A stretch of 64,000 bases of DNA. It comes from Saprospiraceae bacterium. Its GTDB lineage: Bacteria; Bacteroidota; Bacteroidia; Chitinophagales; Saprospiraceae. Position numbers and translations under genes: made by a program. The DNA is taken from the NCBI GenBank assembly GCA_041392805.1, contig JAWKLJ010000001.1, positions 4,843,101 to 4,907,100 on the forward strand, read 5' to 3'. Below, in pieces: positions 20,901 to 29,913 of this stretch. Under the pieces are notes generated by a model. It worked only from the letters and a program-made list of their open reading frames with translations, was not told the origin of the DNA and searched no databases. Numbering within the stretch: the stretch's first letter is position 1; every line of letters begins with the position of its first letter.

Positions 20901-23400
20901 TTCGGATGCAAACAACTGTTCTAAAAGCTTGAATAATATCAATATCTTAAGTGCATTCGATCCTATTGTGATCAGCTTGAGTCTTACCCCTATTCCAAAT
21001 ACGGCTGGGGGAACTGGTTCTATAAATGCTTCTATTTCGGGCGGTACCGGCCCTGGAACCTATGGATTTTCTTGGACAGGACCGGGAGGGTTTACCTCAG
21101 CTTCTGAAGACCTTAACAACCTCACCGGCAAAGGGGAATATTGCCTTCAAGTGACAGATAACAATAACTGTGTAGAGACGATTTGTGTAAATCTTGGTAA
21201 TTTATTGGAAATCACTTCCTTTAATATTGTAAAAGCTTGTGAAAATACCTGTAATGGTGCTGTAAATATATCAACAGTGGGTGGCCTTACCGGTGGGAGT
21301 GCTACCTTTGCATGGCAACGGGTCGGCGAAAACCCTGTAATCAGCTCTGTTGAAGATTTGACCAATGTATGTGCCGGTACCTATCGGGTAACCATTGTGA
21401 AAGATGGCCAAGAAGTAACGGGTACATTTGAGGTAACTAATTTCGAATTGGATATTCAAGCGACTACAACTCCTTCTACCAACAATACGAATGGAACCAT
21501 TTCTATCAATATATCAGGTGGAAATTCAGGTTATAGTATTGTATGGGATAATGGAGATACAGGTCCAAATGCCAATGAACTTCCTGCGGGAGAAATATGT
21601 GCTACGATCACGAGTAATGCAAATGGTTGTGCTACGCAGGAATGCTTTATTATCCCTTCCCTCCCATTTACCTTGTCAGGAATGAATGTAACTGAAACAA
21701 CCTGTAGCGGAAGAGCGGATGGTCTAATTGCCATCGTTGTAGTAGGCGGTATTCAGCCTTATTCGCTTTCGGTTGCCGGGCGGCCAGCACTTAGCCAAAC
21801 GAATGCTGCTGGCACCTTCAATTTGGTCGGTTTAGCATCGGGCTCTTATAATATTACAGTTAAAGATGCCCTTGGTTCCGAATTGACGCCCGTAGCCGTT
21901 GTTCCAGATGTAGCGCCTATTGCCGTAGACTGGGAAGTTGTAAATGATACAGAGGACCCCGGAGGATCAGGTTCAATTACATTGGATATTGCCGGCGGTC
22001 GGGCACCCTATTCAATAGGTTGGAATATTCCGGTGAATGGCCCCCAACCTATTCAGTTGGCTTGTGGAACTTACACGCCTATTATTGAAGATGCCAATGG
22101 TTGTGTTAAAGACGGTATCGAAATAGAGGTGTTGTGTTTTACTGAAGAGGCTACAACTGCAAATGTATCTTGTCCAGGTGATACAGATGGATCACTAAGT
22201 ATCGCATTGACCGGAGCTGCACCTTACCAATTCAAATGGAAAAACCTAAGTACAAACGAAAATTTTGAGGCAGGTGAAAACCTGACAGATTTGGCCGCAG
22301 GAAACTATTCCGCTACCATAACGGATAATTCAGGTGCCGTATTGATTAGAACCTATGTGATAGGAACGCAATCTGGACTAAGATTTAATACCTTAGAAAC
22401 CGTATCTTCTTTTAACGGATTTGCCGTTAGTTGTAATTATGCCAGTGATGGTGTTTTGCGTGCAGTAGGTGGCGGCAACCAAGGACCACTTAGCTATGAA
22501 TGGTTGAACGAAGATGGCGCCGTTGTCAGCTCAGCTTCTACTTTTAATTCAGCATCTCCGGGCGTTTATACGATTAGGGTTTTTGATGATGTTTGTGTGC
22601 TTGAAGAGACGATCGAGGCAAATGCCCCAGCGCCACTCGCTGTAGAAGCGATTAACCTAAAAGGAATTAGCTGTGCTGATGAATTTGATGGCCAAATCAA
22701 CGTATTGGCAAGTGGCGGAATTAGTCCTTATATCTACCGATGGAGTAGCAACGACTTTGGTGATGAGGCCCGTTTCCTCGGTGCAGGTGATTATACTGTT
22801 ACCGTTACAGACAAAAACAATTGTGTAGATGCATCTACTTTCACCATTGCGGAACCGGCACCATTAGAGGTAGTAGTCGAGACAGAGCCTGAAACAGAAA
22901 ACTGTAATGGGGCCGCAAGGGCCATCGTTACAGGAGGTACAGAACCTTATTCCTACAACTGGATAAAACCGGCAGGCTTGAATACGGCACAGATTGCGGG
23001 CCTTTGTAATGGTACCTACTTTGTGGAAGTAACAGATGCCAATGGTTGTACCTCTGCACAAGGGGAGGTTGCCGGAGTGGTTAAAGATAAACGCTTCCCA
23101 TGTTTTGAAGATAGGGTAGTATTGACACCCGATGGAGATGGACTCAATGACGCTTTAATTATTTTCTGCTCGGATGAATATCCTCAAAATCATATTGAGA
23201 TTTATAATCGCTGGGGACAATTAGTCTATGAGGAAGATAATTATGATTGTACGGAACTTGGTGGAATGAATTGTTTCGCTGGTGAGACCATTCGAGGAGA
23301 AGCCTTACCGGAAGGGGCCTATTATTGGGTACTCCAGTATGTAGATACGAATGGAGATAATATCCAAATGAAAGGTTCATTGACGATCTTGAGAGAGTAA
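17929..23400 (+). CDS. SprB-repeat cell-surface protein (1823 aa) with five N-terminal tandem cohesin-like modules and a gliding-motility-associated C-terminal domain (type-B T9SS sorting domain)
   Basis: Signal peptide. Five roughly 125-aa repeats (ANQGDQICLD...LGMQFSINYDP..LQF...G.ITMSWSDPN..G...ADGTV.FE.CF.V.G) separated by Gly8-10 linkers. At least 10 SprB-type repeats (C.G..NGSI...V.GGT.PY.Y.W). C-terminal VVLTPDGDGLNDALIIF...YNRWGQLVYEE matches the gliding-motility C-terminal domain. Confidence 0.85.
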   Translation: MMDRIFTRLFAGLLLLIPISISANPTIGRTNDLEGFTITLEDFDANQGDQICLDASVSGFMNILGMQFSINYDPAILQFNNISNTNLTGLSPNSFGNPSAGNITMSWSDPNAVGLTLADGTVVFEVCFTVVGTAGTTVTFSDTPTPTEIVDGTLTVIGFTGQESAVTVNGNSPGGGGGGGGGNTGITLTIEDIAANQGDQVCLDVTASNFTNILSLQNSISYDPAVLQFSSISNTNLAGLSANSFGNPSAGKITMSWADPNNTGLSVADGTVLFEICFNVIGTTSTTVVDFSNTPTPIKVVNGAQTEIGLTSNSGTVTVTGNNGGGGGGGGNENPNFTGFGLAIEDVSANQGDQICLDVVAYNFNSILGMQYTISYDQSKLQFSSIANTNLAGLSANSFGNPTPGKITLSWSDPNAVGVSVADGTVIYEVCFNVLGTTSTTVTFTSSPTIIEIIDSGLNEISFEKNDGVVTLNGGGGGGGGGGNTGPSFTGFGVVIEDTAANQGDKVCLDVTAYDFVNILGTQFTINYDPGRLQFVEIANPNLVGLSSGAFGNPSPGNLTFSWSDPNAVGVTVPDETVIFQICFNVLGNNTSTTVSISGTPTGIEIIDSGLNEVPFNYDSGTVTISDNGSGPGFEGFGIIVGDKSLQEGDSFCVPVSVQEFVGILGMQFTISYNATELQLDQITGFNLNGLAAASFNSSTPGTIRFTWDDPNATGVTLNPADDPNTIFELCFTVIGTNSSQICIVDTPVAVEITASDLTVITPTLICGNILVGEDPPPTVTATITGVSCPGENNGSIALQVSGVGPNYSYQWSIPGLGNANTASGLSAGNVTVTVTDNGTNLQTIETFTVPSPAAMNITPTIKHASCSDATDGSISLAVTGGTGPFTYNWSPTGTNTSQNTGLASGVYNVTVTDRNSCVTTAGPFIVESPSAINISVISVQNVQCASDQTGAIAIAVNGGTPPYSINWNGNLPDNTTTQSGLSAGSYSVVVSDANNCSKSLNNINILSAFDPIVISLSLTPIPNTAGGTGSINASISGGTGPGTYGFSWTGPGGFTSASEDLNNLTGKGEYCLQVTDNNNCVETICVNLGNLLEITSFNIVKACENTCNGAVNISTVGGLTGGSATFAWQRVGENPVISSVEDLTNVCAGTYRVTIVKDGQEVTGTFEVTNFELDIQATTTPSTNNTNGTISINISGGNSGYSIVWDNGDTGPNANELPAGEICATITSNANGCATQECFIIPSLPFTLSGMNVTETTCSGRADGLIAIVVVGGIQPYSLSVAGRPALSQTNAAGTFNLVGLASGSYNITVKDALGSELTPVAVVPDVAPIAVDWEVVNDTEDPGGSGSITLDIAGGRAPYSIGWNIPVNGPQPIQLACGTYTPIIEDANGCVKDGIEIEVLCFTEEATTANVSCPGDTDGSLSIALTGAAPYQFKWKNLSTNENFEAGENLTDLAAGNYSATITDNSGAVLIRTYVIGTQSGLRFNTLETVSSFNGFAVSCNYASDGVLRAVGGGNQGPLSYEWLNEDGAVVSSASTFNSASPGVYTIRVFDDVCVLEETIEANAPAPLAVEAINLKGISCADEFDGQINVLASGGISPYIYRWSSNDFGDEARFLGAGDYTVTVTDKNNCVDASTFTIAEPAPLEVVVETEPETENCNGAARAIVTGGTEPYSYNWIKPAGLNTAQIAGLCNGTYFVEVTDANGCTSAQGEVAGVVKDKRFPCFEDRVVLTPDGDGLNDALIIFCSDEYPQNHIEIYNRWGQLVYEEDNYDCTELGGMNCFAGETIRGEALPEGAYYWVLQYVDTNGDNIQMKGSLTILRE
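18031..20220 (+). repeat. Five tandem cohesin-like coding repeats of about 450 nt, separated by in-frame GGC/GGT (poly-Gly) simple-sequence tracts
   Basis: Protein-level periodicity of about 150 aa. Glycine-codon runs at about 18451-18480, 18898-18925 and 19348-19380. Confidence 0.75.
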
Positions 23401-23495
23401 AGGTTTTATTGCCAGGTGGGTGGTTCTATTCACCTGGCAATACTTAAACCTCCGTTGCTTATAATATTATTTTCCCATGACTTCAACCGATTAAC

Positions 23496-24422
23496 ATGAA
23501 AAAAATAACTTTACTCCTATCATTTTTAGTTTTTACGACAGCACTTGTCGCTCAATATGAAGCCATTTTCAACCATTATAACCTTAGCAATGGTAGCCGT
23601 AACCTCATTAACCCAGCTGCTGCGGGGTTCGATGCAGTTTCTCAGCTCCAATTTAATCTGAGAGCTCAATGGACCGGCTTTGAAGATGCACCTAAAACTT
23701 ATGGTGCACTTTTTAATGCTCCTATTGGAAAGGCCTTTGGCTTGGGCCTAGGTATTTACTCAGAACAAGCGGCCCAATTGGCTAATTTGCGAATTTTTCT
23801 TAACTACGCTTTTCGCTTTCAGCTTAGCGAAGACTTTAAGGTCTCCGCTGGTTTTTCAACTGAATTTCAGCAAATGACCTTGAATAGCGATGTGCTGAAC
23901 AAACCGCTATTACAATTGGGCGATGACTTGGTTGATGAATTCCTCAGTGGTAAAGGTATTTTTGATGCTGCAATAGGGTTTTATGGTACTTTTCGTGAAA
24001 ATACCTTTGGTGGCTTGAGTCTAAATAACCTCGTCCGAAACAAATTGGATGAAATGGTTGCTTCTCCACAACAATCTACCTCCATCTTTCAATATTATAC
24101 CTTTATTCTAGGGCATAAATTTGACTTGTACGACCTCAATTTTAGCTTGGAGCCATCACTGGCAATTCGTCAGATCTTTAGCACCCCAGCATCAATGGTT
24201 GACATCAATTTGAAAGCGGGTTTCTTAGAAGATCAACTCATTGCAGGACTCTCTTATCGAACAGGGACATCTATTGCAGCGCTTGGTATTCTGCTCGGAA
24301 CCAAGTTGTCTGGCTTTAACCTATATTATTCTTATGATGTCTCTTTCGCACGTTTCCAGGACTATAGCGTAGGTTCTCATGAAGTGACAGTGGCTTTTAT
24401 CTTTGAGGGTAAGGATCAATAA
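23496..24422 (+). CDS. PorP/SprF-family T9SS outer-membrane protein
   Basis: 308 aa with a signal peptide and beta-barrel-like alternating hydrophobic pattern. It sits immediately downstream of a protein with a type-B sorting domain, which is the usual arrangement for SprB/SprF-like pairs. Confidence 0.75.
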   Translation: MKKITLLLSFLVFTTALVAQYEAIFNHYNLSNGSRNLINPAAAGFDAVSQLQFNLRAQWTGFEDAPKTYGALFNAPIGKAFGLGLGIYSEQAAQLANLRIFLNYAFRFQLSEDFKVSAGFSTEFQQMTLNSDVLNKPLLQLGDDLVDEFLSGKGIFDAAIGFYGTFRENTFGGLSLNNLVRNKLDEMVASPQQSTSIFQYYTFILGHKFDLYDLNFSLEPSLAIRQIFSTPASMVDINLKAGFLEDQLIAGLSYRTGTSIAALGILLGTKLSGFNLYYSYDVSFARFQDYSVGSHEVTVAFIFEGKDQ

Positions 24423-24460
24423 ACTACTAAGATGTCCTTTTAACAATTGGTTTTTGGGAT

Positions 24461-24496
24461 GACCTCTCTCCTGTTCGGGGAGGGGTCGCTTGTTTT
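24461..24496 (+). terminator. Rho-independent terminator after the PorP/SprF gene (copy 1 of a duplicated terminator module)
   Basis: gacctctctcctgttcggggaggggtc hairpin (with U-G wobble pairs) followed by gcttgtttt. Preceded by the conserved lead-in ggtttttgggatg. Confidence 0.55.
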
Positions 24497-25148
24497 ATAA
24501 TTTCTTTGCCTTTTCAAAATACCTTTTTTAGGGTATTTTTAGCATTGAAATAAACCGTATATTTGTTAGGTATATAAGAAACAAATTATAATCCTTGGTC
24601 TTAAATAGCTTTATGCTATCTTTCATCTCTTAGCTTCAGCTTGCCTCCTACGTGCTTGCCTTCCCTAAGAATCGAAGCGATCCTGGATTTCCTTCTAAAG
24701 AGCTTTGAGCGTCTTCCCAAAAAAAACAGTAATATTTTAGAGAATGAGTGTGTAAAGCTTTTTTCACATTATCATCTCTAATGGCACACCCTAGCATTGT
24801 TGTCTTTTGATGCCAATGTCTTTTATGTGGTGTGATGCTTACCTTTTGTATGATCATAGACCCTTGAGGTAAGGAGGTGAAGCTCCAAATAGCGTCCAAT
24901 CAATGGTAGGCAGCGTTTGGCGTTTCGGTTAGTTACTCAAGGTTTTTGATCTGATTTTCTAGGGAATACATATTTTAAAAAAATCCTTAGATTTTATTTT
25001 ATACGAATGAAACCTTAAAGAAGATAGTCCGTAATACTCTATATAACTTTTATGAAACCTCAAAGAAAATTATAATTAAGGCGATTGGATTGTATGTGAT
25101 TCACACAAGAACCGTTTTCAAGTGTATACTTAAATCGGTTTTTGGGAT

Positions 25149-25191
25149 GGCCTCTCTTCTATGCAGACAGAAGGGGGGCTTTTTTTATTTT
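25149..25191 (+). terminator. Rho-independent terminator (copy 2 of the duplicated module) inside a gene-free 1.3-kb interval
   Basis: ggcctctcttctatgcagacagaaggggggc hairpin followed by tttttttatttt. Same ggtttttgggatg lead-in as copy 1. Confidence 0.55.
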
Positions 25192-25715
25192 CCTAAGGTT
25201 TTAATTCTCCCATACTTGCTCTTAGACAGCAGACCCTGTGCTGAAAATCTTTAAAAAATTATACTCCTATTTTAACTCAATGCTTCTTCACATAAAGCTA
25301 TAAGCCTAGATATAATAGATTTAATTCAAGTGTTTTGTGGTTTAAGTAATTGATATATAGTGTTTTGTGGTTTTGTGTAATTATTTTTCAGGAAAGGCAT
25401 AAAAAATTGGCACGGTATTTTCAATACCTCAGTAGACCGATAAAGGTGCTAATAGAAATTAGCCTAGGAGAAGGCCAGTTGTCTGGGCAACTTTAACACC
25501 TGGTCAAAAGCTTACCTAACAGTATCAGACCCACCTCAATAATGGATGGATCAAGCAGTGCTTTGTAGTGCAAAGCCTACAATAGCCAGTGGTATGCTCA
25601 TTTTTAAACACAAACATTAACGCAACACTTTACCTCGCTTTGGCAGCTAACATGCATCGCCAAGGCCTGCTAAAACTATGCCCTTAAACTTCTTAATCAT
25701 TTAAACTACATCAAC

Positions 25716-28700
25716 ATGAAACACTTTAATCGCAATTTAGCACAGGGGAGGAGCAGTCTAGTAACTGCGTTTTTCCGCTGGGGTGCAGGGAAAAAAGCGG
25801 GGGTGCTACTCCTTACCTTTTTTGCTATGATCCCTTTGTTTAGCCAGGATTGTGACCTCGCTTGCAATGGATCAATTGAAGCTCCCATCCAATTATCAAT
25901 CGGAACAGATTGTATGGCTAATTTTGATTTTGATGCCATACTCGAAGCGCCACAGGTATGCCCAGGTACCAAATCACTGGTGGTTAGAAATGAGATGAAT
26001 ATACTGGTGAGCGATGGCATGAATGAAGTCGCTTTTGATGCATCCCCCTACCTTGATAAAATATTGAGTGTCACCGTTACAGATGTAGCAACGGGTGTTT
26101 TTTGTGTTGGATTTATCCATATTATTGACAAATTAGACCCCGTCATAAGTAATTGCGAAGATGTAACGGTAAATTGTATTGATAATACGACACCAGAAGG
26201 AACGGGCTTTCCTCAAGGGAAAGACAACTGTAGCAGTGACCTGCAGATGACCTTTACAGATGAAGTGTTGGATGGAAACTGCACCTCCGGATTGATGAAA
26301 ATGATCCAAAGAACCTGGACGGTTAAGGATGATTTCGAAAATACGGCTACTTGTGTACAAACCATCACGGTTGAACGTCCTAATGTACAGGATGTCGCCT
26401 TTCCACCCAATATTAACCTTAGTTGCGATAACCCTAATGCAGATGGAGAAATAACCGGCGTACCTACTTATGGTGGCCAACCCATCAGTACCAGTAATGA
26501 ATGTGGGTTAGTTGTAAAAATGACAGCTGACACAGCCTATATCTGCGGGGAGTTTGAATACCAAATTCACCGGTCCTGGTTGGTAACCGATGTATGTTCA
26601 GGCTTTGAAAGTACCGATTTGCAGATCATTCATGTTAAAGATACTACTCCGCCCGAAATTACCTGTCCGGCAGATTTTACGGTAACGACGGAAGGCGGTG
26701 ATTGTATTGCCACCCTTAGCTTACCCGAACCTACCATGGTAGATAATTGCGATCCTGGGGTGACTTTTGAAGTGAGCACTTCCTTTGGCGCAGTAGGCCT
26801 TGGACCCCACCCATTTGTCCCTGCTGGGATGCATACAATACAGTATATCGCCACAGATGCTTGCGACAATTCCTCTAAATGCACGATGACCGTCAATGTA
26901 TTAGACAGTGATGAGCCCTTTGCGGTGTGCGAAAATTTCACCATCATATCAATCCCTTCCGGAGGAGTGGCGATGGTATTGGCTAACACCTTTGACGATG
27001 GCAGTTTTGATAATTGTCAAGATGAAATCTTTTTCAAAGCCAGAAGAATGAACCTGGGCGGATGTGATGCCATCAACGGCGATGACTCCAGTGTAATTGA
27101 AGGCTACCAGGAGTGGTTTGATGACCGGGTATTCTTCTGTTGTAATGAGGCAGAAGGAGGGGACATCCAAGTGATTATGCGCGTCTATGAAATAGATCCG
27201 GGGCCAGGACCTGTCGACCCTCAAAGAGAAATAACGGGAGGAGACCTACATCGCCACTACTCAGAATGCATGGTAATGGTGCAAATACAGGACAAAATTC
27301 CGCCTCGGTTTTTAACTTGTCCCGAAACGGTGACCATAGAATGTAAGGATGACTATTCGGACCTCAGCATATTTGGTACGCCACATGTAGAAGACAATTG
27401 TGGCTATACGCTAGATTCTACAGCTATTGTAGCGATCAATGATTGTGGAATAGGGAGTATTATCAGAACATGGGAGGCTTCGGATGCCGTAGGGAATACA
27501 GCGAATTGCCGACAGGAGATCTTGGTGATCAATTCCAATCCATTAACGGAGGAGGAGATCGTTTGGCCAGACGATTTTACAACAGATATTTGTGGTTCAA
27601 GTATTGACCCAGAGGACCTCCCCGATGGCCATAACGAACCTCAAATAATAGGCGATCACTGTGGGATTATTAGTTTTAATTACCACGATCAGGTATTTGA
27701 TGTAGCCCAACCGGCTTGTTATAAAGTACTGCGAACCTGGACGGTGCTAGATTGGTGTCGGTATGATCCCGATAACCCCAATAGCGAAGGTAAATTCCAG
27801 AGTATTCAAATTGTAAAAGTGGTAGATAAAGTAGCCCCGGTTATTACCTGCCCACCTGCTGTAACTGTTAGTGTATCAGATGATTGTGCTACAGGGGAAG
27901 CTGAACTTGGGTTGGCCAGCGCAGCTGATTGCAGTACAGGCATTTTGATAACCAATAATTCGCCATATGCCAATAACAATGGCCCCAATGCTAGCGGAAA
28001 TTATCCCCTGGGCATCACTACCGTAACCTACACGGCAGCTGACCGTTGCGGGAACACGGCCTCCTGCCAGGTGAATATTACTGTGGCAGATAATGAACCG
28101 CCGCAACCGCTCTGCATTGTAGGTTTGTCTTCTTCCATTTATGAAGAAGAAGGTGAATTAATGACCCGTCTGAATGCCAAATCTTTTGATGCTGGCGCCA
28201 AGGATAATTGCACGCCTTCTGCGCAATTGAAATTCACTATACGTCGCAATGGTTCGGGTGATATGACAACACCACAGACCCCAGAAATCATTTTTACTTG
28301 TGAGGACCTCGGTACCCAACTCGTCGAACTTTGGGTGACGGATGCACTTGGCAATAGCAACTATTGCCTTACCTATGTGGATATCCAAGACAACAATAGG
28401 CTTTGCCCACAAAGTAACACGAGTTCCGGCGCTATTCTGGCAGGAGGAATAACGACGGAAGATGGAGAATACGTAGAAAATGTCAATATCAATGTTTCAG
28501 GTGGTGGCCATTTCCAAATGTTGACGGAAGACAATGGGCACTATTTATTCCCTGATATTCCTTTTGGCGAGGATTATACCGTCGTGCCCGTCCGGAATGA
28601 CGATTTATTAAATGGGGTAACCACCATTGATCTGGTCCTGATCTCCAAGCATATTCTCAATAGCCAGAAACTGGATTCTCCCTATAAACTCATAGCGGCG

Positions 28701-29675
28701 GATGTTGATCGCTCAGGGCATATCTCAACTTTGGATTTAATCCGGCTACGACGTTTGATTTTGCACATAGACGAGGAATTTCCTAATGGCAATAAGTCCT
28801 GGCGATTTGTTGATGCGGATTATCGGTTCCCTGATCCAAAGAATCCATTTATTGCCTATTTTCCTGAGATTTTTAATATCAATGATTTGGATTATGATGA
28901 AATGCATGCCGATTTTATTGGTGTCAAAGTGGGAGATGTGAATCAATCAACACGGCCCAATAACCTGGTAGGCATTGAAGATCGAAGTACCCTGGGAGAA
29001 ATGTTGTTGCAGACGATTAGCCAAACCGTTCGTGAGGGCGAAACCTTTAGTGTTCATTTTACGGCCAAAGATATGCGCGACATGTTGGGCTTTCAATTTA
29101 CCCTGCAATTCAATACCGATTTTCTCGAATTTGTTCATTTAAAAGAAGGAAGCATTCCCGACATGGGAGAAGATAACTTTGGTATGAAATACCTGGAACA
29201 AGGTTTTATCACCAGTAGTTGGAATGAACTTGAGCCAGTAAAGATCAGTGACAAAGAGACTTTATTCACCCTGGAATTCAGGGCTAAAGCCGCCGGAAAA
29301 ATAGACGATTGGTTGGCTATGAGTTCCCGTTTGACCATACCCGAAGCCTATACCAAGGATGGCGACCAACGCAACCTCCGCCTGGAATTTATAAGCTCAG
29401 ATCTAGGAAAAGAACAATTTGAGTTGCATCAAAATAAGCCTAATCCGTTTGATAACCAAACGACTATATCCTTTAATATGCCGCAATATGATATAGCAAG
29501 GTTGAGTATCTATGATATGGCGGGGAAAGTCATATTTGAACAGGAGGAACTTTTCCAACAGGGTTATAACGAGATTGTCGTTCGAAGAGATCAATTGCCT
29601 TCCACTGGTATTTTTTATTACAGTGTAGAAACGGCAAATAAAAAGGAAACAAAGAAAATGATTCTTTTAGATTAA
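25716..29675 (+). CDS. Large (1319 aa) secreted HYR/Ig-repeat protein ending in the same Ig-like / dockerin-like / cohesin-like cassette and a T9SS sorting domain
   Basis: HYR-like repeats (QRTWTVKDDFENTATCVQTITVERP; TDACDNSSKCTMTVNV). Dockerin-like pair (GVTTIDLVLISKHIL...ADVDRSGHISTLDLIRLRRLILHI). Cohesin-like domain (FIGVKVGDVNQSTRPNNLVGIEDRS...). Sorting domain (LHQNKPNPFDNQTTISFNMPQYDIARLSIYDMAGKVIFEQ). Confidence 0.8.
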   Translation: MKHFNRNLAQGRSSLVTAFFRWGAGKKAGVLLLTFFAMIPLFSQDCDLACNGSIEAPIQLSIGTDCMANFDFDAILEAPQVCPGTKSLVVRNEMNILVSDGMNEVAFDASPYLDKILSVTVTDVATGVFCVGFIHIIDKLDPVISNCEDVTVNCIDNTTPEGTGFPQGKDNCSSDLQMTFTDEVLDGNCTSGLMKMIQRTWTVKDDFENTATCVQTITVERPNVQDVAFPPNINLSCDNPNADGEITGVPTYGGQPISTSNECGLVVKMTADTAYICGEFEYQIHRSWLVTDVCSGFESTDLQIIHVKDTTPPEITCPADFTVTTEGGDCIATLSLPEPTMVDNCDPGVTFEVSTSFGAVGLGPHPFVPAGMHTIQYIATDACDNSSKCTMTVNVLDSDEPFAVCENFTIISIPSGGVAMVLANTFDDGSFDNCQDEIFFKARRMNLGGCDAINGDDSSVIEGYQEWFDDRVFFCCNEAEGGDIQVIMRVYEIDPGPGPVDPQREITGGDLHRHYSECMVMVQIQDKIPPRFLTCPETVTIECKDDYSDLSIFGTPHVEDNCGYTLDSTAIVAINDCGIGSIIRTWEASDAVGNTANCRQEILVINSNPLTEEEIVWPDDFTTDICGSSIDPEDLPDGHNEPQIIGDHCGIISFNYHDQVFDVAQPACYKVLRTWTVLDWCRYDPDNPNSEGKFQSIQIVKVVDKVAPVITCPPAVTVSVSDDCATGEAELGLASAADCSTGILITNNSPYANNNGPNASGNYPLGITTVTYTAADRCGNTASCQVNITVADNEPPQPLCIVGLSSSIYEEEGELMTRLNAKSFDAGAKDNCTPSAQLKFTIRRNGSGDMTTPQTPEIIFTCEDLGTQLVELWVTDALGNSNYCLTYVDIQDNNRLCPQSNTSSGAILAGGITTEDGEYVENVNINVSGGGHFQMLTEDNGHYLFPDIPFGEDYTVVPVRNDDLLNGVTTIDLVLISKHILNSQKLDSPYKLIAADVDRSGHISTLDLIRLRRLILHIDEEFPNGNKSWRFVDADYRFPDPKNPFIAYFPEIFNINDLDYDEMHADFIGVKVGDVNQSTRPNNLVGIEDRSTLGEMLLQTISQTVREGETFSVHFTAKDMRDMLGFQFTLQFNTDFLEFVHLKEGSIPDMGEDNFGMKYLEQGFITSSWNELEPVKISDKETLFTLEFRAKAAGKIDDWLAMSSRLTIPEAYTKDGDQRNLRLEFISSDLGKEQFELHQNKPNPFDNQTTISFNMPQYDIARLSIYDMAGKVIFEQEELFQQGYNEIVVRRDQLPSTGIFYYSVETANKKETKKMILLD

Positions 29676-29710
29676 AATATAATTGGTGTAGAATGTATTG
29701 ATGTATTCGC

Positions 29711-29744
29711 GCCTCTGCCTGGTTTGGTAGAGGCTTTTTTTATT
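29711..29744 (+). terminator. Rho-independent terminator
   Basis: gcctctgcctggtttggtagaggc hairpin followed by ttttttt. Confidence 0.55.
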
Positions 29745-29913
29745 TTCTTACGATTTCTTTAACATTTGTCGAGTTTTAGATGATTTTAGCCGAGGAAACT
29801 GGCGCTTCGTCGGTAAAAACAGCATCATTGTAAGACATTTAGATGATTACTTCCCGACTGTAAAGAAAACAACGCGCTGAAGATCTAAGTGATAAACGAA
29901 CAAATAACAGCCT

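Noticed and set aside
24648-24899. 83-aa minus-strand ORF inside the 1.3-kb gene-free interval
   Set aside because: It has no recognisable family, lies in an AT-rich region, and is flanked by plus-strand terminator modules. It is more likely spurious, though a small protein cannot be excluded without expression data.
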